Shown piece by piece: positions 33,957-45,900 of a stretch of 64,000 nt of DNA; positions within the stretch are counted from its first letter, which is position 1, and the number at the start of each line of letters is the position of its first letter. A model generated the notes under the pieces. It saw nothing but the letters and a program-made list of their open reading frames with translations, was not told the origin of the DNA and ran no database searches. The position numbers and the translations under genes were made by a program. The stretch comes from Gracilinanus agilis (taxonomy: Eukaryota): the NCBI RefSeq assembly GCF_016433145.1, contig NC_058133.1, forward strand, positions 166,635,844-166,699,843. Reading direction: 5' to 3'.

Positions 33957-36900
33957 GTGAGAGGGACCTGGGCGGGAGAGGAGGACCCACTGGGAGGGAG
34001 TTGGGGGTTGGGGGGATGGGAGGGAGGTAAAAGGCAGGCGGGGCGGGGCCGGCCACGAAGAAGGGGCGGGGACAAGTAGGTACTAATGGAGAAGGGGAGC
34101 GGAAGGTAGAATTTTGGAGGGAGATGGGAGGGGCGGGACTTTAGATCTCTGGGTTAGGGTCTAAGAGTTGGAGTTGGGATGGGGGTGGGTTGGACACGTG
34201 GAGGAAATCTAAGGTGGCTTGGGGGTGAGGACTGAGTCCTCTGAAGGAAATGGAGTAAGAAGATAAAAATAGGGTTTGGGCAGTATTGATGACAATGAGA
34301 TCCTTGGGATTCCTTTTGGGGGGAAGGATTCAACCTGCAAGAGAAAACCCAGAAAGGAAAAGGGAAGTGTGAATGAGGGCAAGGGGGGCAAGACCGACAC
34401 CCAATTGTGGAAGTAGGGTGTATAGAGAGAGTTTGGAAACGGGAAGGCTGTTCTATATTGGACATGGGCTTTAGGGAGGTTTAAGAAGTAATTGATGGGT
34501 GTGTTGAAGGGGGCTCCTGGATCTTTTGTTTTTTCACTCAACCTTGTGACTGATTGCACTTAACTTTGTGCTTAGTCTCTGATTTATAAAGCCACAGCTC
34601 TTGGGTCATGACTTTAGTCCTTTGCACTCAGTGAGGAGTGGGAGTGAGAGAGGGGAAGATTGGTGGGACTTTTAACCCCAGAACTGGGTCCCCTCTGGAG
34701 TCAGGAGATATGCAATGATGCTGCATTTGATGTTTTCATCCCCAGAGTGGGGTTGCTCTTTGCATGTGGTTGTGACTTTGGGGTTCAGGATGGGAGAAGG
34801 TATATCTCGAAGTTGCTTCTCAGCAAGGAAAGAGTCAAGGCTTATTGTGTCTTCAGCAAGTGGGCATTATGCCTATTTCAGCTGTGCCAGCCAGAGGGCA
34901 TAGGGAGATACAAGCTGCTCCAAAAATAGTACAGTGATCAAATCCAGTAGCCTGAAGGCTCCCACCTTGAGCTGCCCCTCAGCGGTCCCTGGGTACATGA
35001 AGAGCTGATTGGGGGTGGCACGTGTGTCTCTTCCAAGCTGCCTGGTGTCAGTGCTGTCTATCACACAAAGCGTGGGCAGGCACTGGGCGACATGTCTCTA
35101 ATCTCCTGCACCTGGTAGTTGTTCTGGCCTTCTTCTGAATCATCTCAGAATCTAGTCCCTTCTTAAAACCACCATCTCACAGTGCTTAAACTAATGTGTT
35201 GGCATATGCATGTCTATGGATGTTGGAGTTCTATCCTTGTGCATGTCTTCAAGCATGAGCCCTAAGACATCCAATTACCTTTCAGTATTATTTATGCATA
35301 GCAAAGGGATTTGGCAAGAGAGAATGGGGATAAGTTGTCTTTCTGAATTCTCTGTATAGAGAAAGGATTTCTTTATAACTATAAGACCTATATCTTGACT
35401 CATAATTTCTTTAAAGTAAGAAGTTACCCCAAACTAGCTGTGAGAGGATTAGTAAGCAGGGCAAGGGATATGGGATACAAAGAAAAAACAGTCTCTGCCT
35501 TCAGGGAGCTTACTGTCTGTTGGGGGAACACCAGAAATAGATAAATAAAAAATACATGCAAAAGAGAGACAAGGTAACCTTAGAGGGGAAGGTGCTAGCA
35601 GCTGGGGAAAACCAGGAAAGGCTTCCCATAATGGTCTGAGCCGAANNNNNNNNNNNNNNNNNNNNNNNNNNNNNNNNNNNNNNNNNNNNNNNNNNNNNNN
35701 NNNNNNNNNNNNNNNNNNNNNNNNNNNNNNNNNNNNNNNNNNNNNNNNNNNNNNNNNNNNNNNNNNNNNNNNNNNNNNNNNNNNTTACTAACAGAAACAG
35801 CTACCTTTAGCTGAAACCAAAGCTTTGCCATATGCTACTCTGGGTAGCAAAACCTCTTATATTACACCCAGCATTCCCAGACACCTCTCCTACTTTCTCA
35901 GCCTTCACTGGATAAATCCATTGAATTAGACTCTTATTTAAGTAGTGGCTTTGAATTCTGGTCAGACTGGATGCATCTGAGGCTAGGATTCAACTCTGTA
36001 GACCCAGGAAAGAATTGTCAGAAGCCTGAGATTTTAAAAGACAGAAGTGAGGAAAAAACATTGTAGACATGGGGAACAACCAATGAAAAGATAGTCAAAG
36101 ATGTAGCTTGTATCAGGAGCTGCAAATAGGCCAGTCTGTCTAGACACTATAGTTTGTGAAAAGGGTAATGTGTAAAAAAGACTGGAAAAGGGGCAGCTAG
36201 GTAACACAGTGGATTAGCACTAGGCCTGTAATCAGGAGGACCAGGGCAAGTCTCTTTACTCCAATTGCCTAGCTCTTGCCACTTTTCTGCCTTGGAACTG
36301 ATATTTAGTATCAATTCTAAGAGAGAAGTTATGGGTTTAAAAAAAAAAAAAGACTGGATGGAAAGATGGGGAGAGGAGAGAGTTTTAAATGCCTAAAAAG
36401 ATTTTATATTTTATCTTAAGAGGTAATAAGGAGTTGCTGAAGTTTACTGAATAGTAAGGTCTTGTGGGTCAGATCTTCACTTTAGAAAAATCATTTTAGC
36501 AGCTGTCTGGAAAATGGATTAGAATAAGGAAAGATGGGAGGGAGAGAAATCATTACAGAATCATTGCAATAATTCAGGCAAAAGTTTTTGAGGACCTGAA
36601 CTTTGAGTTTTGAGTGAGTGAGTGGAGAAGACATATCCAATACATCTTGTAACAATAGAAACCACAAGCGTCAGCAGCTAATTGAATATGTGGAGAATGT
36701 GAGGAATCGATTGGCATCAATATTGCAAACATGAGTGACTGGTAGCATAGTATCAACTTCAACAATAAGAAAATTTGGAAAAGTAATGGGTTTAGGGAGT
36801 AATAACAATGGGTTCAGTTTTGGAGATTCCATTAAATGAGATATATATTTTGAAATGTCCAAGAACCAGTTGGTGACATAGGACTGGAGCTCAAGAGAGA

Positions 36901-39900
36901 GATACTGGGCCTGGATATGTAGATCTGAGAGCCATCTGCATAGAAATGATCATTGAGCCCTTATGGGATTAATGAGATCAACAAATGAGAAAGTATAAAG
37001 AGAGAAAAAAGAATCTAGGAAAGAGCCTTGGGGTACACTCATTTAGTGGGTGTAAGTATAAGATGGTAGAAAATGGATGTAACATGGATGAAAATCCAGC
37101 AAGGAACACTTAGGAGGAGTCATATAGCTAAAAGAGCCAAACGAGCAGTATTGTGAAAACCCAGAGAAGAAAATAGTACATTAGATTAAAACACATTCTT
37201 ACCGAAGTGTTAGTAGTTGAGACCTTCTAGAAAGGATTACTTTTTATAGGGTTGGGTGCCTAATCTTGCTGACCGGACTTGCCTGTGTCTTTCCTTAATA
37301 TTAAGATATCTCTTAGATTGTCTGTTAAAAGGCCTTGATAACCTTTTAGCTAGGTGCTAATCTGAATTGCCATTTAGGTGCCAGGCCACTGACAGACAAG
37401 TGAGGCAGGGGAGTAGAACTTGATTTGCTTAGAAGTCTGCTAGGGGAGGGGATCTTTGCCCTCCAAAGGACATGGGGAAACAGTAAAGACAGTGGCCTCT
37501 CTACATCCCAGAGGCAAGGTGGTTCAGGTAAGAGTTATTCTGCTTGTTAGTATACCATCACTCCTGGGTCCTCTGCCCTTACCATTCCTAGAGTTATTAC
37601 TTGCACTGGGAATGTCTTTTCTTTGTGGCTAAGACATGATAAGTTTTCAAAGGATAGGCTCCAAGGATTCCCCAGTTTGAATAATGCTTCCCTTAACCTT
37701 TTCCCTTTTTCCTAATCCCAGTTCTTTTACCTTTACCGTGCCATACTCATATCTCAGCATTTGTCTGTCTGTCTTGTATTCTCTGCAGGGCAGTGGTGGA
37801 GGCTGTGCATCGACTTGACCTCATCCTTTGCAACAAAACTGCTTACCAAGAAGTGTTCAAACCAGAGAACATTAGCCTAAGGAACAAGTAAGCAGGGGCA
37901 ACCTCCAAACAACAATTCCCAGTTCTCCTTCACTTCTTTCCCTCCCCATTTGCCTTGTTCTTTTTCTTAGTAAGCCATGTCAAATTCAGAGGTATCTTGG
38001 CAGGCTAATAAGAAAAGCTGTCATCTCTCTTACTACCCAAGATCTTTGGTTTTTCTGAAGGGAGGAAAGAGGAAACAGCTCCCAGATTTGTTTCTTACTT
38101 CATCCTTACTCTCCAAATCCCACAGATTGATAATAAGAACTACATTTGAATCCCGAGGAAGAATTATCTATATTTCTCCCTGGAAAGAAGGAGAGGAAAA
38201 AGAAAAATCAGAGAGGAAAAGAGAACAGGATGCTAGGGAGGAGAGGATGAAATTCTTATGTATCTTTTGAGACATCTGCCTTTTTGAAGTGGTGATACTC
38301 AGTACCATTTAAGACTTTCTCTGAAGTGAGAGCACAGTTATCTGGATAGTAGACATGTTGTCAAAAGCTGTCTTGTAGCCAACTCTTAGTCTCTTTGATA
38401 ACCTCAAAAAGCTAATGGGTAGTTTCTTTTTCCCTTCTCTACCCTTATTCTCTCTTAGGCTTCGTGAACTCTGTGTCAAGCTTATGTTCCTGCATCCAGT
38501 GGATTATGGGAGGAAAGCAGAGGAGCTACTGTGGAGGAAGGTGTACTATGAGGTTATCCAGCTTATCAAGACCAACAAAAAGGTAAGAAGAGAGGTAGAG
38601 TTGGGGAAGAAAGGAGGAGAGGAACAGTGTCTAGGGAGGGGGAGAGTCAGTTGAAGGCTACAGAGGGTGGGATAGAGGAAATGAAAATGTCCAAAAGGTA
38701 GAGAAAAGGGCCTCTGGTAAACATACTTGGGGATGAAGAGGAAGTATTATTATTCTGGTTTTGGAGAGAGGGGAGGAAGGTAACCAGTGCTCAAGAAGAG
38801 AATTGAGGTGGAGGGATTAGAATAACGTTCTGGTTGTGGTGAGGGTAAACTTCATCCTGAGTTTTAAAACTATAGGCATATTCCCCCTATGTAAGAGGCC
38901 AGGGTGGTGGGGGGCGGTGCCCTGAGCCCTTTGCTTAGCCGGCCCCTCCCCTTCCCTGATCCACCTGCCCCCCAGCACATCCACAGCCGGAGCACCTTGG
39001 AATGTGCCTACAGGACACACCTGGTTGCTGGTATTGGCTTCTACCAGCATCTCCTCCTCTACATCCAGTCCCACTACCAGCTTGAACTGCAATGCTGCAT
39101 TGACTGGACTCATGTCACCGACCCTCTAATAGGTCAGTGAGTCTCAAGGACTTCTCTTTTAGTGGGAGGTGGAATGTGGGATAAGGGAACATGTCACATA
39201 GCCTCTACAGAAATTGTATCAAAACTTGAGGGTGAATATATCTGCTGGTCTTTAAAGGTATAAGATTCTGAGGTACCAAACAAAACAAAAACAGTGATTG
39301 ATGTAAAAATCTTAAGGAATAGAAGAGACTTCCTATAAGTTTTGGATGGATTGTGGCAGTCTGGCTTAGAAAGGAGGGAAGGAAAGGATGGCTTTGGGTA
39401 GCCCTAGGTCTAACAAAATATATTAATCCTTTTAAAAAAAATTTCCATCTTCTCCTAGTTAAACTTGGCCAGAGCCTTTTCCTCTACCCTGCCCCCAGGG
39501 GTCCCCTTTTTGACCTTGGGAATTATCTTCCAGTATTTCATTTTAAGAAAATTTGGAAATTACTAATAGGCATTTTCAAGATACCACAAATCTCTGCTCT
39601 GCCAACAGGTATGCTGGCCACTATAGTCCTCACCCCTTCCTATTTAACTGTTTGCTTTCCAAAGAGTAAGGCTTTCTTTTCCCTGTTCACCTCACTACTT
39701 TTCCCAGTAAAAAGAAATTGACAATCCAGACATAGCATATCAGCTTGTGAACTTTTAATAGATTGACTCTGGGACAGAAGACACTGAGAAGACTTACTAA
39801 TACCTTTTGCACTTTATATCACATTTATTTCTGATTGTACACCTTCCATCTCATTCAGCAAATCTGTAAACAAAAAAAAATTTTTAACTAATAAACTAGT

Positions 39901-42900
39901 TCTCCAGCTTACTCGTCAAAGAATTAATTTCCTGATACTCATTCGTTCAGCTCAGTTCCCTTCCATTGAAATTTTTCTTACTTGTCCTCTTTCTCTAGCC
40001 TTCCAGCCTAAGAGGTTTGACTTCCCAAAACAGGAAGATGTATGAACAAGGGAAGGGAAATGGAGAGGGGAAGGATTATTTCTTCCTCAACTCTATGAGT
40101 TTAAAGCAACTCAAAAGGGATGAATTTGAGAACTCTCAAAGCTCAAGGAACAGTTATTGATTTTGCTCCTACCATCCCCAAATGATCCCTGGGATCAGTC
40201 TCCTCCTTGACCACATTCATCTGTTATCCATCAGCCAAGATCACCTTTCTCTAGCATAAAAGACACTTGTTTTGTCTGGCTTCCAAAACTCCAGTGGTTG
40301 CCTTCATACCTTGCCTCCAGTGTCAAGTCTTTAGTTTAGATTCCTAGAACTTCTTCAATTAAGTCCTCCTCCCACTTTTCAAATAAATGTCAATTCATTT
40401 TTAGACTTTCTGGTTCAGCGAGGCAAACCTGCTCCCATCCTTCCCCTCCCACTGCTAAACCTTCACATAGGCTGGTCCTTACCTATATTTTCCTGTTCCA
40501 TCCATCCCAGCCATAGTTCAAACTCTTCCAAGAAACTTCCTCAGAATGAGTTCTCTAGATCTGTTCTCCCTAACTCCATCCTTGTTTCCTAATATTGATG
40601 TCCAAAGTACTGGCAGGATTATCCATGTTTGAGTCTCTTGTTTACTGTTCTTTGAATATGTCCCTCCCTTCCCGTCAGCCAGAAGAGTTCCCAGTGACAA
40701 ATACTGCCTCCCTCTTCTGGATCTTTTCCTCTTACCTTTACTCTCTTCCCTTAGAGCCTAAGAAAGGGCTCTTACTTAAAGGGCATGGTGAAGACATTAT
40801 GAGGAGATGTCAGTGAATGGACTCAAAGGGTTTCTTCTCTGTTAGGTTGCAAGAAGCCAGTATCTGCCTCAGGGAAAGAGATGGACTGGGCTCAGATGGC
40901 TTGCCACCGATGTCTGGTGTATCTGGGAGATTTGTGTAAGAATCTACATCTTTTTGTTTTCTTTTCCTTTTTGCATATTCCTTTTCTGAATAGTCATACC
41001 CTAGCCTAAGAGTCAAGCCTCTCTGCCTGGCATATTGTGCATTCTAGCAGTTTAATGGCTGATTCTACTTCTTCCCTCTGTGTGTTAACCCCATTTCCCC
41101 ACTACCTTTCAATAATACAGAGAAGGTCAGTGAATGATGAGGAATAAAGGAAAGTCTATTTGAACTCTCTGGATATTAGAATTTTTCCATGGTAGGTTAG
41201 AGAAAGTTTAATTTTATATTTTATCACTTCATCACTGATGTTTCCTGTCCCTGTGAGTTACTGTGTAGGGAAAAGGTACCCACGAGCTTCCTTACTCTCA
41301 AGAGTGTCCATTAACCCTTGTCTGCTGTCTTTAGGTCAGACAGTAATTCATTAGGTTGCCAAGGCTGTTATCTGCTGTATGGATTATCTGCTACAAATGT
41401 GTAATCCTTGGCTCACTTCCTCCCCACTCCAGTGTTGTGTGTGCTTAGGGAATGTAAACTATGTAATAGAAACCTAAGCAAGGCATATTTAGGAAGATTA
41501 AATGCTCTGCTTTTTGTTTCCCATCTCTCTCCCAATTGTCCACCTCATACTCATAACCATATAATAGTATTCCAAAATCAAATAGAAATTTGGAGGACTT
41601 GGATTATTGGACCCATTCCCAAATTGGTATCGGTAATTAGGACTTGACTTTCTCTTTCACATACAAACACCTATTTTTTTGGGTCTCTCAGTAAAGGTGG
41701 TGGTAGGGTATTGAGCAACATATCAGTCACCGTGTATCAGTACTGTTTCAGGGACCCAAAGCATAGCCTGCTTTTCTGCTCAGGTTTCTTTGTCTCTTGC
41801 TGCACCTCCTCTGAATGGGTTCTGAGATGAGGGGAGGTTTCCTTTGAAAGTGAGAGACCAGCAATAACTCTCAGCTTTTTAACCATTTTCCTCTAGCCCG
41901 ATATCAGAACGAATTAGCTGGTGTGGACACAGAGCAATTGGCTGAGAGATTCTATTATCAAGCCTTGTCAGTGGCTCCCCAGATAGGTAAGTGTCATTTC
42001 ATTCCTGATCCAACATCATCTTACTTGTGAGAGTATTTGTAAATCCATAAACAGTTTGCAAGTTGAGTTCTCTAAAGAAAGAGATTTAATATAGATCTAG
42101 AGACTGTTCAAACTTACTTTTCCTCTTTTTCACCCTTGATCTCTATAATCTCAGTTTATGTTGATGAAATTTTCCTCCTGATATTTACTGGGCCCTGCTT
42201 GAGTTTATATCTCTTTTCGATCCTTACTTTAAAGGGAATGCAAGAGAGCAGTAGGAAGAGCTGGGACATTCATGATGCTAACTCTAAAGGAAGATTCTCT
42301 AGAAAAAGATAAATTTGGCTTGTTGCCATTGAATGGGAAGGAACAACACTTCTAACTGAAGGGATAGAAGTTACAGGAAAGATAGCCCAGACAAGGAAAA
42401 TGTAGGTTGGGGTGATGAAAAAGATATAGGAGATGGGCCTGTGGACCTCTGCCTCCCCTGGAGGAAAGAGACCTGTTTATTTCTGGTATATCAGAGGACA
42501 GGAAACAGAATGGAATGCCTTAGAACACAATATAGAAAGTGAAGAGGATCAGTTTCCCAAGGGTATCACATGAAGATGGGATGCAACTGGTCCAGGATAA
42601 AAGGAGAGATAAGAGAAAGCAAGATCTAACTTCTAATTACCAAAAGAGATCCCATTCACTCCTACCCTACCTCCATTTAGTTGTCTTTCTCCAACCCCAA
42701 CTTTGATTCTCAGTGGTTGCTTGGGTGTGTGTGATGTTAATTGGTCAAGGCATTCTGGCTTTAGCCTATCTGATTTCTTCCTTGCCAGGTATGCCCTTCA
42801 ACCAACTGGGTACCCTGGCAGGCAGCAAGTATTATAATGTAGAAGCCATGTACTGCTATCTGAGGTGGTGAGTACCTTCCTTCTCCTCCTACAGCTCTGC

Positions 42901-45900
42901 TTCTGTGTGGGTAGTAAGGCATGATGTCTATACCTGCACACCCTCTCACTCACTCTTTCACTCTTCCTCCCCCCCTTTTGTTACATTGTCATATGTTACT
43001 ACATAATCAGGCCATGGGGAAAAAAAAACACAAAAATATTCTATTTAAATTATATACAAGTTCAAAGTTAATGTGTTTTAGGAACCGGAATGAGTAAATT
43101 CATCATAGTTGAATAGGGAAGAGTAGCTTTCCTCTTACCATTTTTAGGTAGGGGAGCTAAAAGGAAGTAAGGCATCTTACTCTTTCAGGTTAATCTAGGA
43201 AGACATTTTGAAGGAGGCTAACTAATTAATTAATTAATTTTTGGCTTGGTATTGTCTTTTGTCGCTTATCTCCAGATCTAGAGTCTGCTAGACATGAACA
43301 GTCAAGATGAGGGCAATTTGTAGTTATTGGTGATCCTTTCCCTAAATAATGTATCTTCCCAAAATCTTAAACAAGTATCCTTTACCTTATTTCCTCCCCT
43401 GGCTTAATCAAAATATAGCTACAAAGTCTTTCTCTTCCTCAGCATCCAGTCAGAAGTGTCCTTTGAAGGGGCTTACGGGAACCTCAAACGGCTGTATGAC
43501 AAGGCAGCCAAAATGTACCACCAGCTGAAGAAATGTGAGACTCGAAAACTGTCTCCTAGCAAGAAGCGGTGAGCTGAGTGGGGTTCTGTGGAGGTGAGAT
43601 TACAAGGCTCTTCACTCCAGAGCCCTATAACAATTGCTGCTTGCTCCTTTTTAATTCAGGTGTAAGGACATCAAGAGGCTGCTGGTGAGCTTCATGTACC
43701 TGCAGAGCCTTCTGCAGCCCAAGAGCAGGTATGTGTAGGAGGCTGAAACCTCTGAAATTGGGCAAGAAGCTGCATTTCCCCTTCTCAATCCAGGAAGGCT
43801 CCCTGACAGGAGAGTTGGAAGGGATGGGATACACTTGACAAATTCTACCTCAGTGTGGGAAATCCTCTTCCCCTGAGCCAGAAGGGTGAGAGGGTCTCCT
43901 TTCACTTTAAGATCCTTTATCCACAGGTAGGAAGTTCTTTCTTGATGTCTAATTTTCATTCTTAGGGGAGCACAGTGGAACCTATTCCTTTCATATTTGG
44001 TTAGGTTGCCCCCTGGAAAGTAGTCCCCCTTCACTTATGGGTTGGTCTTGCCTTACACAATCTTAAAGAGTATAGGATGCCATCACCTCTCGGCCTTCTT
44101 TTGGGATTACATTCATAAAGCTCTTTTCCTCTTTCTTTTGTCATCATTGACCTGTCATCTCCATGTTCCCTGGCATCTAGCACCCTGGACTCAGAGCTGA
44201 CATCACTCTGCCAGTCAGTCTTGGAGGACTTCAACCTTTGTCTCTTCTACCTGCCCTCTTCACCCAACCTCAGTCTGGCTAGTGAAGATGAGGAGGAATA
44301 TGAAAATGGCTATTCTTTTCTCCCTGATCTTCTCATCTTCCGAATGGTCATCATTTGCCTCATGAGTGTTCACAGCTTAAAGAGAGCAGGTAACCATCTT
44401 GTCATCCTCCCATACCACCTTAAGCCCCTAGCTGGGCTCCAGGCTCGATGTTAGAACCCCTCTTTGCAGTAACTTGTTCTCACCCTGATACATAGCCGAT
44501 AAGTCCCTTGCTTGCTGTTTCTCTACATCCCCATTGATGCTCTCCTGAGCAGAGCTCTGTAATAGAAGCTAAGAGAAGAGGAAAAGATCTTTCTCTCAAG
44601 TAGATTACAGTTAGATGAGAGTAGGAGACAGTATAACCCAAGAATAGGGCTTAGGTTCTAGCCAGCCAGAAGTCTTTCCATCCCTGCTGAGGGAATAGAG
44701 CATCATCAGGCTGAGAAGTCTTTTTTGTAGTCCAGGGAAGGGTTTGGGAAATAAGATTAAGTAGAGAGAAGGGGCCCTGGCTGCTAGAAATGACTGTGAA
44801 GGCTTACAGCAGGAGAGTATTACAATGGGCACAGATTGATAGAGTCTAATATAGGTACCAGGTAGAGCAAAAAGGAAAAGTTCGTTTTGAGGTCACAGGG
44901 TAGAGGGCATAAAATAGAGTAGGGGCTTGGGAGGATTGGGTGTGACTTCCTTTGAGAAACTGCATGTATAGGAATAGGAAAAATGAGGACCCTTGTCTCT
45001 CAAAGGATACTCCTACATGACAACCCCTAATTGCCCTTCCCTCTCAAATTTCAGGATCAAAGCAGTACAGTGCTGCCATTGCCTTCACCCTGGCTTTCTT
45101 CTCCCATCTTATCAACCACGTCAATATCCGGCTACAGGCAGAATTGGAAGAGGGAGAGAACCCTGTGCCAGCATTTCAGAGTGATGGGACAGGTGTGGGA
45201 ATAGTGGGAGGGACTAGATAAGGGAGGGTAAGGTGTATACAGTTTAGAGATATCTATTTTTAAATATATAAACCTAGATCTCTATAAATATATACATATA
45301 TGGAATTCAGGTATGGGTTGAACAAATAAATGTCTTTTGGCATCCCTTCCAACTGAGATTCTATAGCTTGAGTAGTTAGGGATGGGGAACTGAGGAAAAG
45401 GTGCTTTGGACAAAGGGAGAACACATCAAGCTTTATCTCAGCTAATACTGAGCTCTCCTCAGACTTTTGTTATATCACTTCTTCCCACAGATGAGCCTGA
45501 GCCCAAAGAACCACTTGAGAAGGAAGTAGAACCAGAGCCAGAGCCTCCTCCCCCAGCACCAAGAGTGAATGAGGCCAAGAAGAGTCGTAAATTCTCCCGC
45601 CTATCTTGCCTTCGTCGGCGCCGACACCATCCACCCAAGGCTGGTGATGACAGTGACCTGAGCGAAGGCTTTGACTCTGATTCAAGCCACGACTCAACCC
45701 GGGCCAGTGAAGGTTCAGACAGTGGCTCAGATAAGAGTGATGAGGGTGGGGGTACAGCTTTTGACGCAGAGACAGACTCAGAGATGAACAGCCAGGAGTC
45801 ACGGTCGGACCTGGAGGACATGGAAGATGAGGAAGGAACGCGGCCTATGGCCCCAGACCCTCCTCGGACCAGGCCAGAAGCTTCTGACCCCTCCAATGGC

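Larger units (their letters stand above)
33460..34140. promoter_or_regulatory. SMG5/TMEM79 head-to-head CpG-island promoter
   Basis: Very CpG-rich; TCTCGCGAGA at 33664-33673 and 33711-33720; GC boxes (GGGCGGG) at the start of intron 1. Confidence 0.85.

Noticed and set aside
33606-34056. GC-rich ORFs 33606-33917 (+) and 33625-34056 (-)
   Set aside because: Stop-poor by composition in a CpG island; low-complexity Arg/Pro/Gly products with no recognisable domain
41129-41240. C/D-box candidate (ATGATGA...CTGA) in SMG5 intron 5
   Set aside because: The complementary stretch overlaps the boxes instead of flanking them; AT-rich interior with no evident guide
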